Assembly (NCBI GenBank): GCA_030704615.1
Contig: CM060734.1
Coordinates: 45,074,001 to 45,138,000, forward strand
Reading direction: 5' to 3'
From: Takakia lepidozioides
Taxonomy: Eukaryota; Plantae; Bryophyta
DNA: 64,000 bases
Part shown: positions 11,178 through 23,100 of the stretch, in pieces
Position numbering within the stretch: the first letter of the stretch is position 1
How the letters are laid out: each line of letters starts with the position of its first letter
The notes under the pieces: model-generated
The model's input: only the letters and a program-made list of their open reading frames with translations
Database searches by the model: none
Told to the model about the DNA's origin: nothing
Translations under genes and position numbers: made by a program

Positions 11178-14100
11178 GTTGTATCAGGAAACTGGCGCAT
11201 TGCGTAAAGGGAGTCACTTATTGTTCGTGGATGGGATAATATCCGGAACTAATGTGTCATTGTTGGTGGACACAGGAGCGTCGCACTCCTTCATGACACC
11301 GGCAACGGCACAAAAGCTGGGACTCCCGACAACTGACGTAGGGGCCTCTATTGAGGTGCGATCTGCCAAAGGAGAACCGCAATTGGCGACGAGGTTGGCG
11401 TTCGATGTTCCTCTTCAACTGGGGAGTTGGGAGGGACGTGAGAACTTCACCGTCTGCGAGATCGATGGAGTGGATCTCATTTTGGGGATGACCTTTTTGA
11501 GCAAATCCGGAGCGGTCATAGATGGCCGCAAGAGGGTAGTCACGCTGCCATGTTGGAATGGTGGCGAGGTCTTACGAGTTTCGGAAACGCCCAAACCCGT
11601 GGGAGGGCGAATAAACCTTCTGTCAGCAAGGGAGTGGGCCGTGGAGGAGGCACACGAGCCCCAATTTTTGCTCTACATTAGAGAAGTGAAGGGAGAAGGC
11701 GATGGAGAGCCGAGCCCAGATTGGATCAAGGGGATTTTGGAGAAATACCATGATGTGATGCCGGAGGATTTGCCAAGCGGCTTGCCACCGCGAAGAGGAG
11801 TTGACCACAAGATTGAGGTGATACCGGGATCGGAACCGCCTGCCAAGGCGCCCTACCGGTTGAGCCACAGAGAGTTGGTCGAGCTGAAGACCCAGCTCAA
11901 TGTCAAAGGGGTACATCCGGCCGAGTAAGTCACCCTACGGAGCCCCGGTGCTATTTGCAGACAAGAAGGATGGGACGCTGCGGATGTGTGTCGATTACAG
12001 GGCTCTGAATAAGGTGACTATCAAAAACCAGTACCTTTGCCAAGGATCGACGACCTTTTCGATCGGTTGGCAGGAGCGAAGTATTTCAGCCGGATCGATC
12101 TGCGCTCCGGCTATCATCAAATTCAAGTGGCGGAAGGAGATGAGGAGAAGACCGCGTGCAGGACAAAGTATGGTTCATATGAGTTCTTGGTGATGCCTTT
12201 TGGGCTCACCAATGCACCAGCGACATTTAGCACGCTGATGAACAGCCTTTTCCAGGAGTGGTTGGATGACTTTGTGATCGTGTACATCGACGACATCTTG
12301 GTGTATTCGAAAACAAAGGAGGAGCACCTGGAGCATCTCAAAAGGGTGTTCCAGAAATTGCGGGAAAGGAAGCTGTATGCCAAAGCTTCAAAGTGCAAAT
12401 TCGGGGTCACAAAGTGGAGTTCCTGGGGCATGTGATTACACAGGATGGGATCAGAATGGATGACAGGAAGGTGAGGGCCATCTTGGACTGGGAGCCTCCG
12501 ACTTCGGTCCCGGGAGTGCGATCCTTCCTAGGACTCGCCTCCTATTACCGGAAGTATGTGAGAAATTTTGCCAAGATTGCGGGGCCGCTGTCAGACCTTC
12601 TGTGTAAATCTAAAGTCTGGGCTTGGAACACCTTTTGTGGCCAAGCTTTTGCTGAATTGAAGCAGCGGATGGCGGAAGCTCCAGTCTTGAGAATCCCGGA
12701 GTTCGATCGTCCGTTCGAGATACATACAGATGCGTCGGACTTCGCGATTGGGGGTGTACTGATGCAAGATGGACGTCCAGTGGCTTACGAAAGTAAGAAA
12801 CTGAATGAAGTGGAGCGACGGTGGCCGACGCACGATAAAGAGATGAAGGCGGTGGTGCACTGTCTTGAGCTTTGGCGCCACTATGTTGGTTCCAACCCAG
12901 TGAAGGTGTTCACGGACAATGTCACGGTAAAGTATTTTGCCACGCAGCCCAAGTTGTCCCCAAAACAACTTAGGTGGCAAGATACTTTGGCGTGTTTCGA
13001 CGTGGATATCCAGTACAAACCAGGACGAGACAACGTGGTGGCCGATGCTCTAAGTAGAAAGCAGCAGCTCTTATTGGTGTATAAGGGCGAGACGGCGCTC
13101 CAAAGGAAGATCCGGAAGGCTTGCCGGAAGGATGAGCTGGCGAAGTCCGTGATGCAGGACTTGAGGATGGGGGTTAAATCGCAGTTCCACTTGCAAAATG
13201 GACTGCTCCGGTATAAGCAAAAGCGTCTCTACGTGCCGAAGGGAGGGATCAGAGATAGCCTCTTGAGATAATGCCATGATAGCCCGCTTGCGGGTCGCGG
13301 CGGAGCCAAGCGCACTGCGGCACTCTTGAAGAAAGAGTATTTTTTGGCCCAAACTGAGGGAGGAGGCAGAGGAGTATGTCAAGACATGCACCACATGCCA
13401 ACAAACCGGAGCAAGTACAAAAGCAAGCGGGGCTGTTACAACCCTTGCCGATTCCAGAGGGGACTTGGGAAAGCGTCTCGATGGATTTCATGACTGCTAT
13501 GTCGCTGTCAAAAGGATTTCGATGCAATCATGGTGGTGGTGGATAGGTTCAGTAAAATGGGCCATTTCATCCCACCAAGGAGACGGCAACGGCGCAGGAG
13601 ACAGGGCGACTTTACTTCGCCCACGTCTTAAAGCATCATGGAGTCCCGAAGGATATTGTCTCTCGACCGCGATCCAAAGTTTACGAGTAAATTTTGGAGG
13701 GCACTTGGAAGAAGATGGGGACGAGGCTGAAGATGAGCACCACCTTCCGACCTACGACCGACGGCCAAACAGAAAGAGTGAATTCCGTAGTGAAGCAGAT
13801 CTTGCGGAATTACGTGTCGGCAGACCAAACAGACTAGGTGGAACACTTAGACGCGGCAGAGTTTGTTATAATAAACACAAACACTCCGCAACGGGAGTTT
13901 CCCCTTTCGTATTGGTCTATGAAAAGCACCTCTGGTGCCGACACGTTGGGCCGCCCAGGACGTTGAGGAACCGGCAGTAGCGGCGGTACTGGAAGAACGC
14001 GAGCGTTTGTTGAAGCTCGCAAAGTACAACATTGCCAAAGCTAGGAAACGGTATGAAAGGTAGGCGAATCGGAAGCGGAGGGAAGTGAAATTTGAGGCAG

Positions 14101-14544
14101 GCACGGAGGTCTAGTTGAACATCAAAAATTTCCGACTACCTCCGGAAGTGAGTCCGAAGTTCGTACCTCCGTATGCGGGACCCTTTCGCATTCGGAAGGT
14201 TATGAATGAGGATGTGTATGAATTGGAGCTGCCGGCAAACAGCAAGGTGCACCCAGTATTCCATGTCTCCCTTTAGAACCTTACTTCAAAGATGAAGCGC
14301 GTCCGAATCGGCATCAAGTGTTGCGTCCGCCACCTATGCTGTTGGATCATGAAAATGAACCTGAGTACGAGGTGGAGGCAAACTTAAGTCGAGGAGGTTC
14401 AAGAACCGAGAAACGGAGTATCTCGTCAAATGGAAGGGCTATCATCATGTGGAGGCATCTTGGGTGCGTGCCTCAGAAATGGGAAACGCATCCGAGGCGG
14501 TCGCAGCTTCGAAGGGCGGACCTCAAAAGCGGAAGAAGCGTTGA
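11164..14544 (+). pseudogene. pol: pol (protease, RT, RNase H, integrase, chromodomain) with many frameshifts and stops
   Basis: LVDTGASHSF; YIDDILVYS; TDASDFAIGGVL; decayed integrase; EYEVEA...EYLVKWKGYHHVEASW chromodomain; ends KRKKR*. Confidence 0.93.
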
Positions 14545-15440
14545 TGGGGACATCAACCTTGGAGCGTGGGGGAGGAAATGCATGCTTAGCCCGGCTTAGC
14601 TAGCTTAGGAATCCGATTGCAAAAACTTGTATTGTACAAAATTGTATAAATGAAATGGTTCCAATGTTGTGCGTCCTATTTTGTTTGGAATGGTGATGCA
14701 TGGTATGGTTGGCTAGTGTGTAGAATGCATGCTAGCTTATAAAAGTGGGAGAGGTAAATTGGGTTAATCGTGTGTTTGCGTAGTGCCGAAATCGGGTGAC
14801 CCCCATCCAAGGGCAAGGAAACTTGCGCCTTCTTTGGGAGTTCACGTGCTAGTGCGCACCTGGCGTGCGCGTACTATAACTGCGCTACCGAGGGGGTTGC
14901 CTTGTAGTGCGGGCTAACGCGGAAGCTACGTGCTTCCGTTCACGTACTATAATCGTGTAGCCTCGGGACGAAGTCGTAGTGCGGCTTCGGCGTGTTCCCG
15001 TACCTCAGGCCAGCATTCCAAGGCGGACCCAATTGTAGTGATTGGGGCGCACGGTTGGTTCAAGGTTATCTTCCTAGTCAAAGAGGGTTCCAGGTGAACC
15101 CTTGCTCAAGGTGATGCCAAAAGCGGCATCATGAGCGGTCGCAAGCAATGTTGTTGCAGTAAGGCGATTCGATCCTCGGGAGGATCGTTCCTTGGCCTTG
15201 AAGTAGGCCAAGAAGAGTGCACTGGGAGGAGCTGGAGAGGCTCCACCCTTGGCCGGGACTTGGAGGAAGTCGGCCGAACTAGCTAGTGGAGAGTAGAGTC
15301 AAGTGTGGGGTTTGGTTCTTTGCCATGGGACGCATGGTACGGAAACAAACTCCTTGATGTGGGACGCCACAACTTGGATGTTCGTTTCTACAAAATGGAC
15401 AAGTCGATGAGGACATCGACTCCCTGTTGGTAGGGGTGTG

Positions 15441-16166
15441 TGTCGCGGCCCTTTGCCTTGAGGGCAGGGGGTCGGGACACATGAGGGGCTGCCCCTGTGG
15501 TGGGGGCAGCGGCAGCGATAGGTATGGGGGGCTGAAGCACCCTTGAGTGCCCAAGGCACTCAAGGAGGCGGAGGCGCTCACTAGGTGGAGCCCCGCACAC
15601 CGGGTTGCGGTGGGGGTGGCTCCACAAGGGGTGGTGGTAGCTTAGCGGGACTTAGTGGGGGTGGCATAGGACTCACCATGGGGGCGGAGACCTCGTGGTG
15701 GGAGTCGTGGGGAGTCTTGGGACTCATCACGGTCCATAGGGGCCGTGGTGAGTGGGCCAAGACTCACCGCGACTCATCACCGGGAGTCGAGGGTTTTCGT
15801 GGTGGTTCGCCATAAAATGGCATGGCTGGTTGTGAAACCCCCGCGGACAGCTACAGAAGTATATATAGGGAGTAGTAACCCCGAGAACGGTGCAAGCCCG
15901 TTGGTGACCAAAAACTAGTGAGTAAGCGAGCGAGCCGGAAAGCGACCAAAGAGTGGGGAGCTGTTCCGGACTGCCATCTACCAAAGGGAATTCCACTAGG
16001 CCCAAATAGGTGGAGGGTTTAGTGGGAGAGCGAAGGGGGACCGTTATGTCCCGGTGAGCAGCCGAAGCTCCAAGTTGGCCCGGCGGCCAGGTTGGGAGTC
16101 AGGCGCGCGCATCAAAGCGAGTAACTATGACTTGAAGGGGAGCTTACCGAAGTGAGGTCCGCGACA
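15441..16166 (+). repeat. 3' LTR (726 bp) preceded by the PPT-like GGTAGGGGTGTG
   Basis: Near-identical to 9220-9946. Confidence 0.97.
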
Positions 16167-16277
16167 GTAGCGATATGTATGCGCACGACATATCTTTTAC
16201 AAATTGTTTGTTCTCTTCTTCTTGAAGCTTCATCCCATGTACCTAGTAATAATTAAAGCTCGTCAGGACTTATATGT

Positions 16278-17027
16278 GCTTCTCATTTAACAATAATAGG
16301 GTCATGAATGCCCGTACATGTGGCAACGACGGGGCCCGCGTGTGGCCAAGGGGGTCGGAGAGGGTGGGAGCGCCCCTACCCGGACCCCGCCAATCGTCTG
16401 TCCGGCAAGCGGGTCTGCTGGGGCCCACAAAACACATGAGTTAGTCTGCTGGGCCCACAATATGCACATAAAACATTAGTTATTGCATAGATTTGCATAA
16501 GCGGTGGGTAGTGTGGTGGTTAAGAGCAATGAATGATACATATGAGGTTTGATGTTGAAATCTCGTTAGGTTGTACTGTGGCAGTAATGTGTGTTTATTA
16601 ATAATATATTTTTCGAAGGTATGCCGGTCTGCTGGAAGGTCCAAGCCGGTCTGCCAGAGGTGCCGGAGGGGGGGGGGTCTGCTTGGAAAGTCTGCCGGTC
16701 TGCTGGAGGGTCCAAGTCGGTCTGCCAGAGGTGCCAGGGGGGTGGGTCTACTTGGAAAGTCTGCCCAGTCTGCTGGAGAGGTGCCAGTCCGCTCGTCGGT
16801 CTGCTGGAGAGTCTGCCTGCCTGTCCGCTAGAAGGTTGGAGTCGGTCTGTTGGAGGGTCTCCCCAGTCTGTTAGAAGGTCCACCACGGTACATGAACAAG
16901 GACTTAGGAAAATTTCAGAATCTCGCCCACCCAGTGAATGGGCGGTGGGCTTATGAGCTCACCCCAAGGGTCGTACTGGCGGGGCCCGCCCGTGCATTCA
17001 TGACCCTATTATTAAAAAATGAGAGCC
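16278..17027. mobile_element. Non-autonomous MULE-type MITE, family copy 1
   Basis: TIR GCTTCTCATT..AATAATAGGGTCATGAATGC / GCATTCATGACCCTATTATT..AATGAGAGCC, 9-bp TSD CTTATATGT, and internal GGTCTGCTGGAGGGTCC subrepeats. Confidence 0.85.
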
Positions 17028-17699
17028 CTTATATGTCCTCATTCGGGTTTAATTTTATCAAATGAAAATGTGGGATTCATACCAACAAAGTGAAAGGACA
17101 AAGCCAACATTTATATCTAAAAGGAAGAAGTGAACTCCAAGGATTAAAAAAAACAATCATCAAACATTCTATTGGTCATATTTCTCAAGAAAAATAATAT
17201 GTACCCCAATCATTCCGAAAAAAAATTAAGCAAAAAACATTGGACATCTAACAAGCTCTCCCACAAAGGTGGCTATAGCATGGGCCAGCATGGCAGCTTC
17301 ATGCAATGTGAGGTAGCAATTGCATATGGGGCCATATGGAATGCACACCAAAGTTGGTTAGTGAAGATTCTAGCTAGATTGGAGGAGGTTCTAGAGGTGT
17401 GGTGAGGTAATTTTGGCAAGCTATAACCAAAGACGGAGCTTGGGAAGAGATGGAGGGTCTAGTAGGGAGCGCATAAGAGGCATGATCAAGAGTGCAAGAG
17501 GAGAAGGAGGGTCGATTTGTTGGCGGCAAAGTGGGCAGGGGTTGCACCACCGGCAATGGAATGGAATCAAGCCATGCTTCATGTCCGGCTCGACTGTACA
17601 TTACCTCTTTCTCTCCCTCTTGAAGTTGAAGTTGTCACTGTGGACCGTTGGCCGCGGACCGGAGACTGCGGGTATATATATATGTGTGTGTGGATCTGT

Positions 17700-18368
17700 C
17701 GGAGGCCAAAAAATAAAATATCCGCCTTCGTTAAGAACCGCCATATATGAAGAGATGAGACAACTAGATTCGGTTGAGAACCGGTGGTTTTGTATATTTT
17801 TTTTATTTGATTTGGATCGGAACTAGTGGTCCACAAGAAGCAGGTATGAACCCATATATCCGGCATTTAAAACATGAGGTTATAATCTGGATAATAGCCT
17901 ATTATTGTATTCACTCCACATAAATGAGGCGAGTCATATTCATGAGCCGGCCCTATCTTCATATGAAGGGGCACGCATATTAATAACTTCATATTTTATC
18001 TTGTGAGATTTGAATGGACACTTTTTTGCATCATCTACAATAGAAATCTCCTAAGAGCACTCTTCTAATTGTATGTATTTTTTATTAGTATTTTTAATAC
18101 ATTAGATTTTTACGTTTGGGTCATTTTATTTTATTAAAATAAACTTGGATTTTCTTGATAACCGGATACTGAACCGCCGGAGGCCATCCTGATTTAAACT
18201 CCATTTGTCCATAACTGCATAAGGTTAAATTTTGTATTTGTTGCAATTCGGCAGATATCAGAAACGGGAAAGCTCAAAAACCCCCGAACTGGAGGATGTG
18301 AACACAAAGTCTAAGTTAAACATCCGGAACCGGCTGATATACGAAAAAATCAAATAACCGCACAACAC
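17700..18368. mobile_element. Degenerate hAT-like MITE remnant
   Basis: Right end AACCGCACAACACT resembles the TIR at 44741-44754, with scattered AACCGG motifs. Left end not found. Confidence 0.45.
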
Positions 18369-18842
18369 TCGTTCGAACTGCATGCTAGTATTTTCCGGTC
18401 CCTGGGTTTATGGGGATCTTATCTCAAGAAACATTTTTGGGCTACTATCAAGACTTAACATGTAGGGATGGTGGATCTTAACCACTTGAATTGAATTTTT
18501 GAGTCCGATAAGGTAGGCCCCCATTATAACCTTCATGGCTGTATCATGTGGCATGTACACGAGCTGGTATAACGACCAATGAGTTTTATGCCCACCCGTA
18601 TTTCTATAATGCCATGCTATTTTTTTATTTTTTTTCATGCTATCCATATTCAAGCCTGAATTTTCTGCTCGAAATTACACCGTCCCCTGTTTAGTAACCA
18701 AAAAAAAAAAACATCTCTAATGCATTATTCTGTATTCAAATACGACGTGATATGCCAATACGATCAATTTTACATGAGATTGGAGTGATTACTTACTTAC
18801 CTCAAACATAAAGATAAAATCTCAAACATAACAAACCACCAC

Positions 18843-18890
18843 ATGTAGCTCAGTTGGGTAGTGGCACTGGGCTCAAATCCTGCTACCTAG
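18843..18890 (+). mobile_element. Degenerate tRNA-derived SINE head
   Basis: A-box-like TAGCTCAGTTGG and B-box-like GGCTCAAATCC. No complete cloverleaf. Followed by a MITE. Confidence 0.45.
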
Positions 18891-18897
18891 TTGTGTG

Positions 18898-19188
18898 CAG
18901 CGTTTTTCTTGGTGGCAAATTTTCGCCAAATTTCGACCTCAGGAAAAAAAAAAAAAAACAATATTCTGTCAAAAATTCCCTGTTTTTTCATGGATGAAAT
19001 CGCCAAAATTCTCCAAATGAGAAATATATTATGGATGAATTTGCCAAATATAGATGATATAAATGGATTTATGTACGGAAATAGATGATTCTGTCCTAAT
19101 TTCAATGGATGAACAGAATGTATGGCTATTTTTTGCCAAACTCTGTAGCCACTCGTGCTGTTTTTCAAATTCCAGAAAAAAAACACTA
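18898..19188. mobile_element. hAT-like MITE (degenerate)
   Basis: CAGCGTTTTTC / AAAAAAACACTA termini and TTTCGCCAAA motifs. TSD not intact. Confidence 0.5.
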
Positions 19189-19309
19189 CTATGTAGATGT
19201 GTGTGGTGTTGTAAATATCTCCCCCTTCAAAAGCCTCGTGGCTCATTTGGATTGCATTAAGTGAAATCCAGTACAGCGTTCACTGTAATTAAGGGCTGAG
19301 GAGCGCCCG

Positions 19310-19680
19310 GTTCTTCTCTGTCACCCTTCTTGTATAGATTGACAATGACCCCCCCTCGCCGGCAAAAGGGTTAGGTTAAAGAGGAGAACTAGGGCCTCTA
19401 TCATGGGATCGCCACCGTGCTTGATAAGCTTGTTGACTATACCATCAGGTCCACCAGCTTTATATCCGTTTAAATGTTCAATTGCTTCCACAAATCTCAG
19501 AAGAACTAATGGGAGCCTTATAAGCCATTGAAATATACTCCAGTTCATCAGGGCTGTTTTGCATCATAGGAACAGTTTTTCCAACTGTGTCCCTCCATTC
19601 AGCAGAAGACCCCTCACTGTTAGACCTAGAAGTTCTGTCTGTTCTCTAAGGAAATTTCAGTGTTGGTCAGACTCTCCGGA
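19310..19680 (-). mobile_element. RTE/RTEX-like LINE reverse transcriptase fragment
   Basis: PISSSEI/VEAIEHLNGYKAGGPDGIVNKLIKHGGDPMIEALVLLFN...GVIVNLYKKGD (frameshifted). Confidence 0.75.
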
Positions 19681-20117
19681 ACAAAATACCTGTAGCAGCC
19701 CTGAAAATCTCACAATAGTCCGATACGAAGGCAAACGTCAATCCAACGGATGCGCGGAAAAGGAGGTGGTGAAAAAGGTGGCGAGTGGCAGGCAGCTGTC
19801 AAGATGGCGGCAGCGCCGTCATGGCCACCCCACTCCTCCGTCCGCCGCTTGCGCTTCCGCCGAATCTTGCTCCGACTCACTCCTTTCATTTCCCGCCATT
19901 CCACGCGTCTAACTCAGTCCTCTCTTCTTCACATGGAGCTCGGCGCTCTGCCACCTTCTGCGTCCTCTTGTGCTTTCTCTGCTACCTTCTCATTACTCTC
20001 TCATGTTTGTACTCTGCTCTCGTGGATCTCGTTTCTCGTTTGCTCATTCTTTGTAAGTATCCATAGCTTTTCTCTTTAGAAGGAGTTGAGTTGGTGTAGC
20101 AACAAACCTTGTCGAGT

Positions 20118-23100
20118 ATGGCGGTGGGGGAGGGGGAGGGGGAGGGTTGCAATGTGGAAGATGAGGCGGGCTTCAAGTGGGGCCCGAGAGTGAGCGAGCA
20201 TAGCGAGAGTTACAAGTCTGTTGTCTATGAGGGTGAAGACTTCTCAGTGTACAACTACGTCTTTTGCAATTCGGGGCTTGTTTTTTGTGATTCGGGACTT
20301 AGTGCGCCGTTCGTTGGGAAATTGATGAGGCTGTGGGAGGACAAGAGTGGGAAGAAATGCCGTATCCGTTGGTTCTTCCGATCGTCGGAGCTCCCTCCAA
20401 AGTTGCCCGGGGTCAATTATGATCGGAGTTCGAAGGAGCTGTACATTGCTGCTGGGAACCAGAAAGGAGTGGAGAATGAGAACCTTCTGGTAAGCAACTC
20501 AGAGCACTAACGGGTTCCAATGCTGAATTCTGCTAGGCTACTCGTTAGCCACAAATTAGTTGATGCTCCTTGTGTTCTTCACCGCAATCATGAGCAAGAA
20601 ACTGAAGCATAGTCACCAAAGCAGATGCAACTTACTCGACCTCTACGTGTATGTTGGATGACTGATTTGTGGACCTTCCAATAACCAGTGTCTTGAACTA
20701 AAGAAAATCGAGGTGCATATGGCAGCAAGTAGAGCGTCCTAGAACTCATGAGCTGTGTTAACGATCAGTCGAAGCTTCAGTAACAACTTCCTGGACTGTG
20801 CAGTTGTGTCGAATCAAATGCGAATTCCGAATTCCGTTCACTGATTGCAAACGTTGGTTTCTAAGATATGATTGCTAGGGGTGGAGGCGTGCTCTGTCCT
20901 GCTTCAGGGGAATTCCCCAGAATGAGTGACTCTGCTTCTGAGATAGCCCTTGTGCGAAACAATTGCGAGCAGTTTAAGAATGTACAACTTTTCATCTGCA
21001 GGCTTGGTAGAGACTTGAGCATTTGTTGACTACTTCGGTTTGAAAAATTTCTTGCTTGATTTATTGCATTACTTCGGTCTCCGTTGACGTGAGATAGAGC
21101 GTCAGAATCAGGGCTGGTCAAATAGCTGTGCAACTGTGCTAGTTGGGCCCGAATTTGGCAATTCATTTTTGCAAGTCTCCAGGCAAAATCTGGCAATACG
21201 TGTAAGTCAATGAAATGGTAAAGCATATGCGTCTTCAAATGTTTGGCTGATATTTCTCACATCCAGAAGGAAATGAGGGCAAGCCCTCATGAATAATCAT
21301 ACGTTCAGTAAGTTAGATGTACCCCATACTGATGTGCTCCCTACTGTAATATTTTCATCTAGTTAGTCGCCTGGTTTCAATGTGTTCAAACATATCCTCT
21401 TTCCTTTGCACTGCAGGATGTGATTCTTAGTAAGTGCAAGGTATTGTGCACTACGAAGAATCCCAAGAACATCATGCCCTCTGAAGTTCAACTGAAGGCT
21501 GCAGACCACTTCTTCAGTAGGGCCTACGACGTAGCCAAGAAGAAGATCGTAACGCTGGACAAGATTCCAGTCCACTTGGGTGAGTAGAGGGGCAAGATCC
21601 TCATTCAAACTGCATACTTAACTTAAGCAGTAAATGATGTTATGGTCTAGAGCTTTCACTGCACTTTACTGCCATAGTGGAGAGGTCTTTCTTTCTGTAT
21701 GTGAGCTTGTAATGAGGGGAATCAGTGGCCAGAATCTTGGAAGTTTACTCCTGTATTAAGTCCCTCCAACCAATATAGGTTTCTAATCTATTTTCTCTTG
21801 AAATGCGGTTTGCCTGCAGCTGAAAAGCTCTACAACAAGGAGGAATGGATGATTTCACCGTTACCACTATGGAACCCTGTGGAACAGGTCAGAATGCATG
21901 AAAAGGAAGCCTGCACACCTCTGTTGTTGGAAGGACCAAAGGGGGCTGAAGTGGTGGGAGAGAGACTTGTGGAAAATACTGAAGGATCTGGAGGAATGGA
22001 GAAGAGATTTGATGGGAAGGGTTCTTTACCAACATCACCAACAAGCCCCAAGATGGGCAAGGCCTCCCAAAAAATCAGAAATTTTGTGGAGCATGAAAAT
22101 TCAGTGATCACTCTGCTGGCAAGCCCACTCCAGCACACCATCAAGCAAAAAAGTGAAGGGTCAACACCACTGCTGTTAGAAGGACCTAAAAGTGTTTCCA
22201 CACTCGGGAAAAGACTCAGAATGAATAGTGAGGAATTGGGAGCAGTGAAGAAGAGTAAAGTTGATGCACACTATTCCTCATCAACGCCGGCAACAGTCCC
22301 AAAAATGGGCAAGACATCTGAAAGAAACGGAAGTTGTCAGGATTGCCAAAGTTCACTGGCAAGCCCACTCCAGCAGGTTATAAAGCTTGCAAGGGAAGCC
22401 TCAACGTCTCGGCTATCTGAACGTCAAAGCAGGGTTGAAGTGGTGGGAAAGGAACAGAGAGAAAATACTGGAGCAATAAAGGATTTGCCACCAGCACTGG
22501 CAAAAGGCCTCGCAAAGAACAAACCCTCTGAAAAAAATGTAACTTGTCTGAAGATTGGAAGTTCACTGGTAGGACTCCAGCAGGCCACGAAGACCCCGGA
22601 AGTTTGTAAGGTGGCAACAAAGATGGAGTTTACCAAGGGCAAATCTGCAAACAAAGACTGCCAGAACAAAGAAAGTTGTGCAAACACAGATATTTGTGGG
22701 GCTTCCAAAGTAGCCGGCTACCAGCACATGTCAGGGAACTATGAGAAAAGTGTAGGTCTGGAGGGTTCTGGTAAGAGGAGGGTCGAGCAATCCTTGGAGG
22801 GCCCAAAAGATGGTGGTTCCCTGTGTCAGGAATGGGCTGGTTTAACCGAGATGCATGAAGCGAAGAAAAGCACGGAAAGGAAACAGGAAAGGAAACAGAT
22901 GGCTGTTGACACCTTCAAACCATTAGTGGATAAAGCCAGGATGGCAGACATCACCGTCAAAGGAGCTACAGTGGGAAACGCAGAGAGAAGCAATACACCA
23001 GGTGTTGAAACTCCTAAGATTTCTGAAGGCAGCAGAGCCTGGGCAGGGTATAAGGAAGGGCCACAGCAGTGTGAAAGAATATGCTCGGAGAATCCCAGCC

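Larger units (their letters stand above)
9220..16166 (+). mobile_element. Full-length, decayed Ty3/gypsy chromovirus LTR retrotransposon (group I chromodomain; Galadriel/Tcn1-like)
   Basis: Two ~98% identical TG..CA LTRs, perfect TSD GTAGC (9215-9219 and 16167-16171), Met PBS, and domain order gag-PR-RT-RH-INT-chromodomain. Confidence 0.97.
8733..16190 (+). mobile_element. Older solo LTR (~500 bp; 8733-9219 plus 16172-16190) split by the chromovirus
   Basis: TGTCAAG...CACGACA ends with an imperfect 5-bp TSD TATAT/TATCT. Shares GGCTCATCTT..AGTTGAGCCTC with 37909+ and 41591-42022, and shares the CACGACA terminus with the latter. Confidence 0.65.

Noticed and set aside
16566-16956. Overlapping Cys/Trp-rich repeat ORFs
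   Set aside because: They are translations of MITE subrepeats. The same applies to the ORFs at 60284-60563 and 61643-61926.
18843-18890. Functional tRNA gene
   Set aside because: The boxes are too close together and there is no anticodon arm or acceptor stem.
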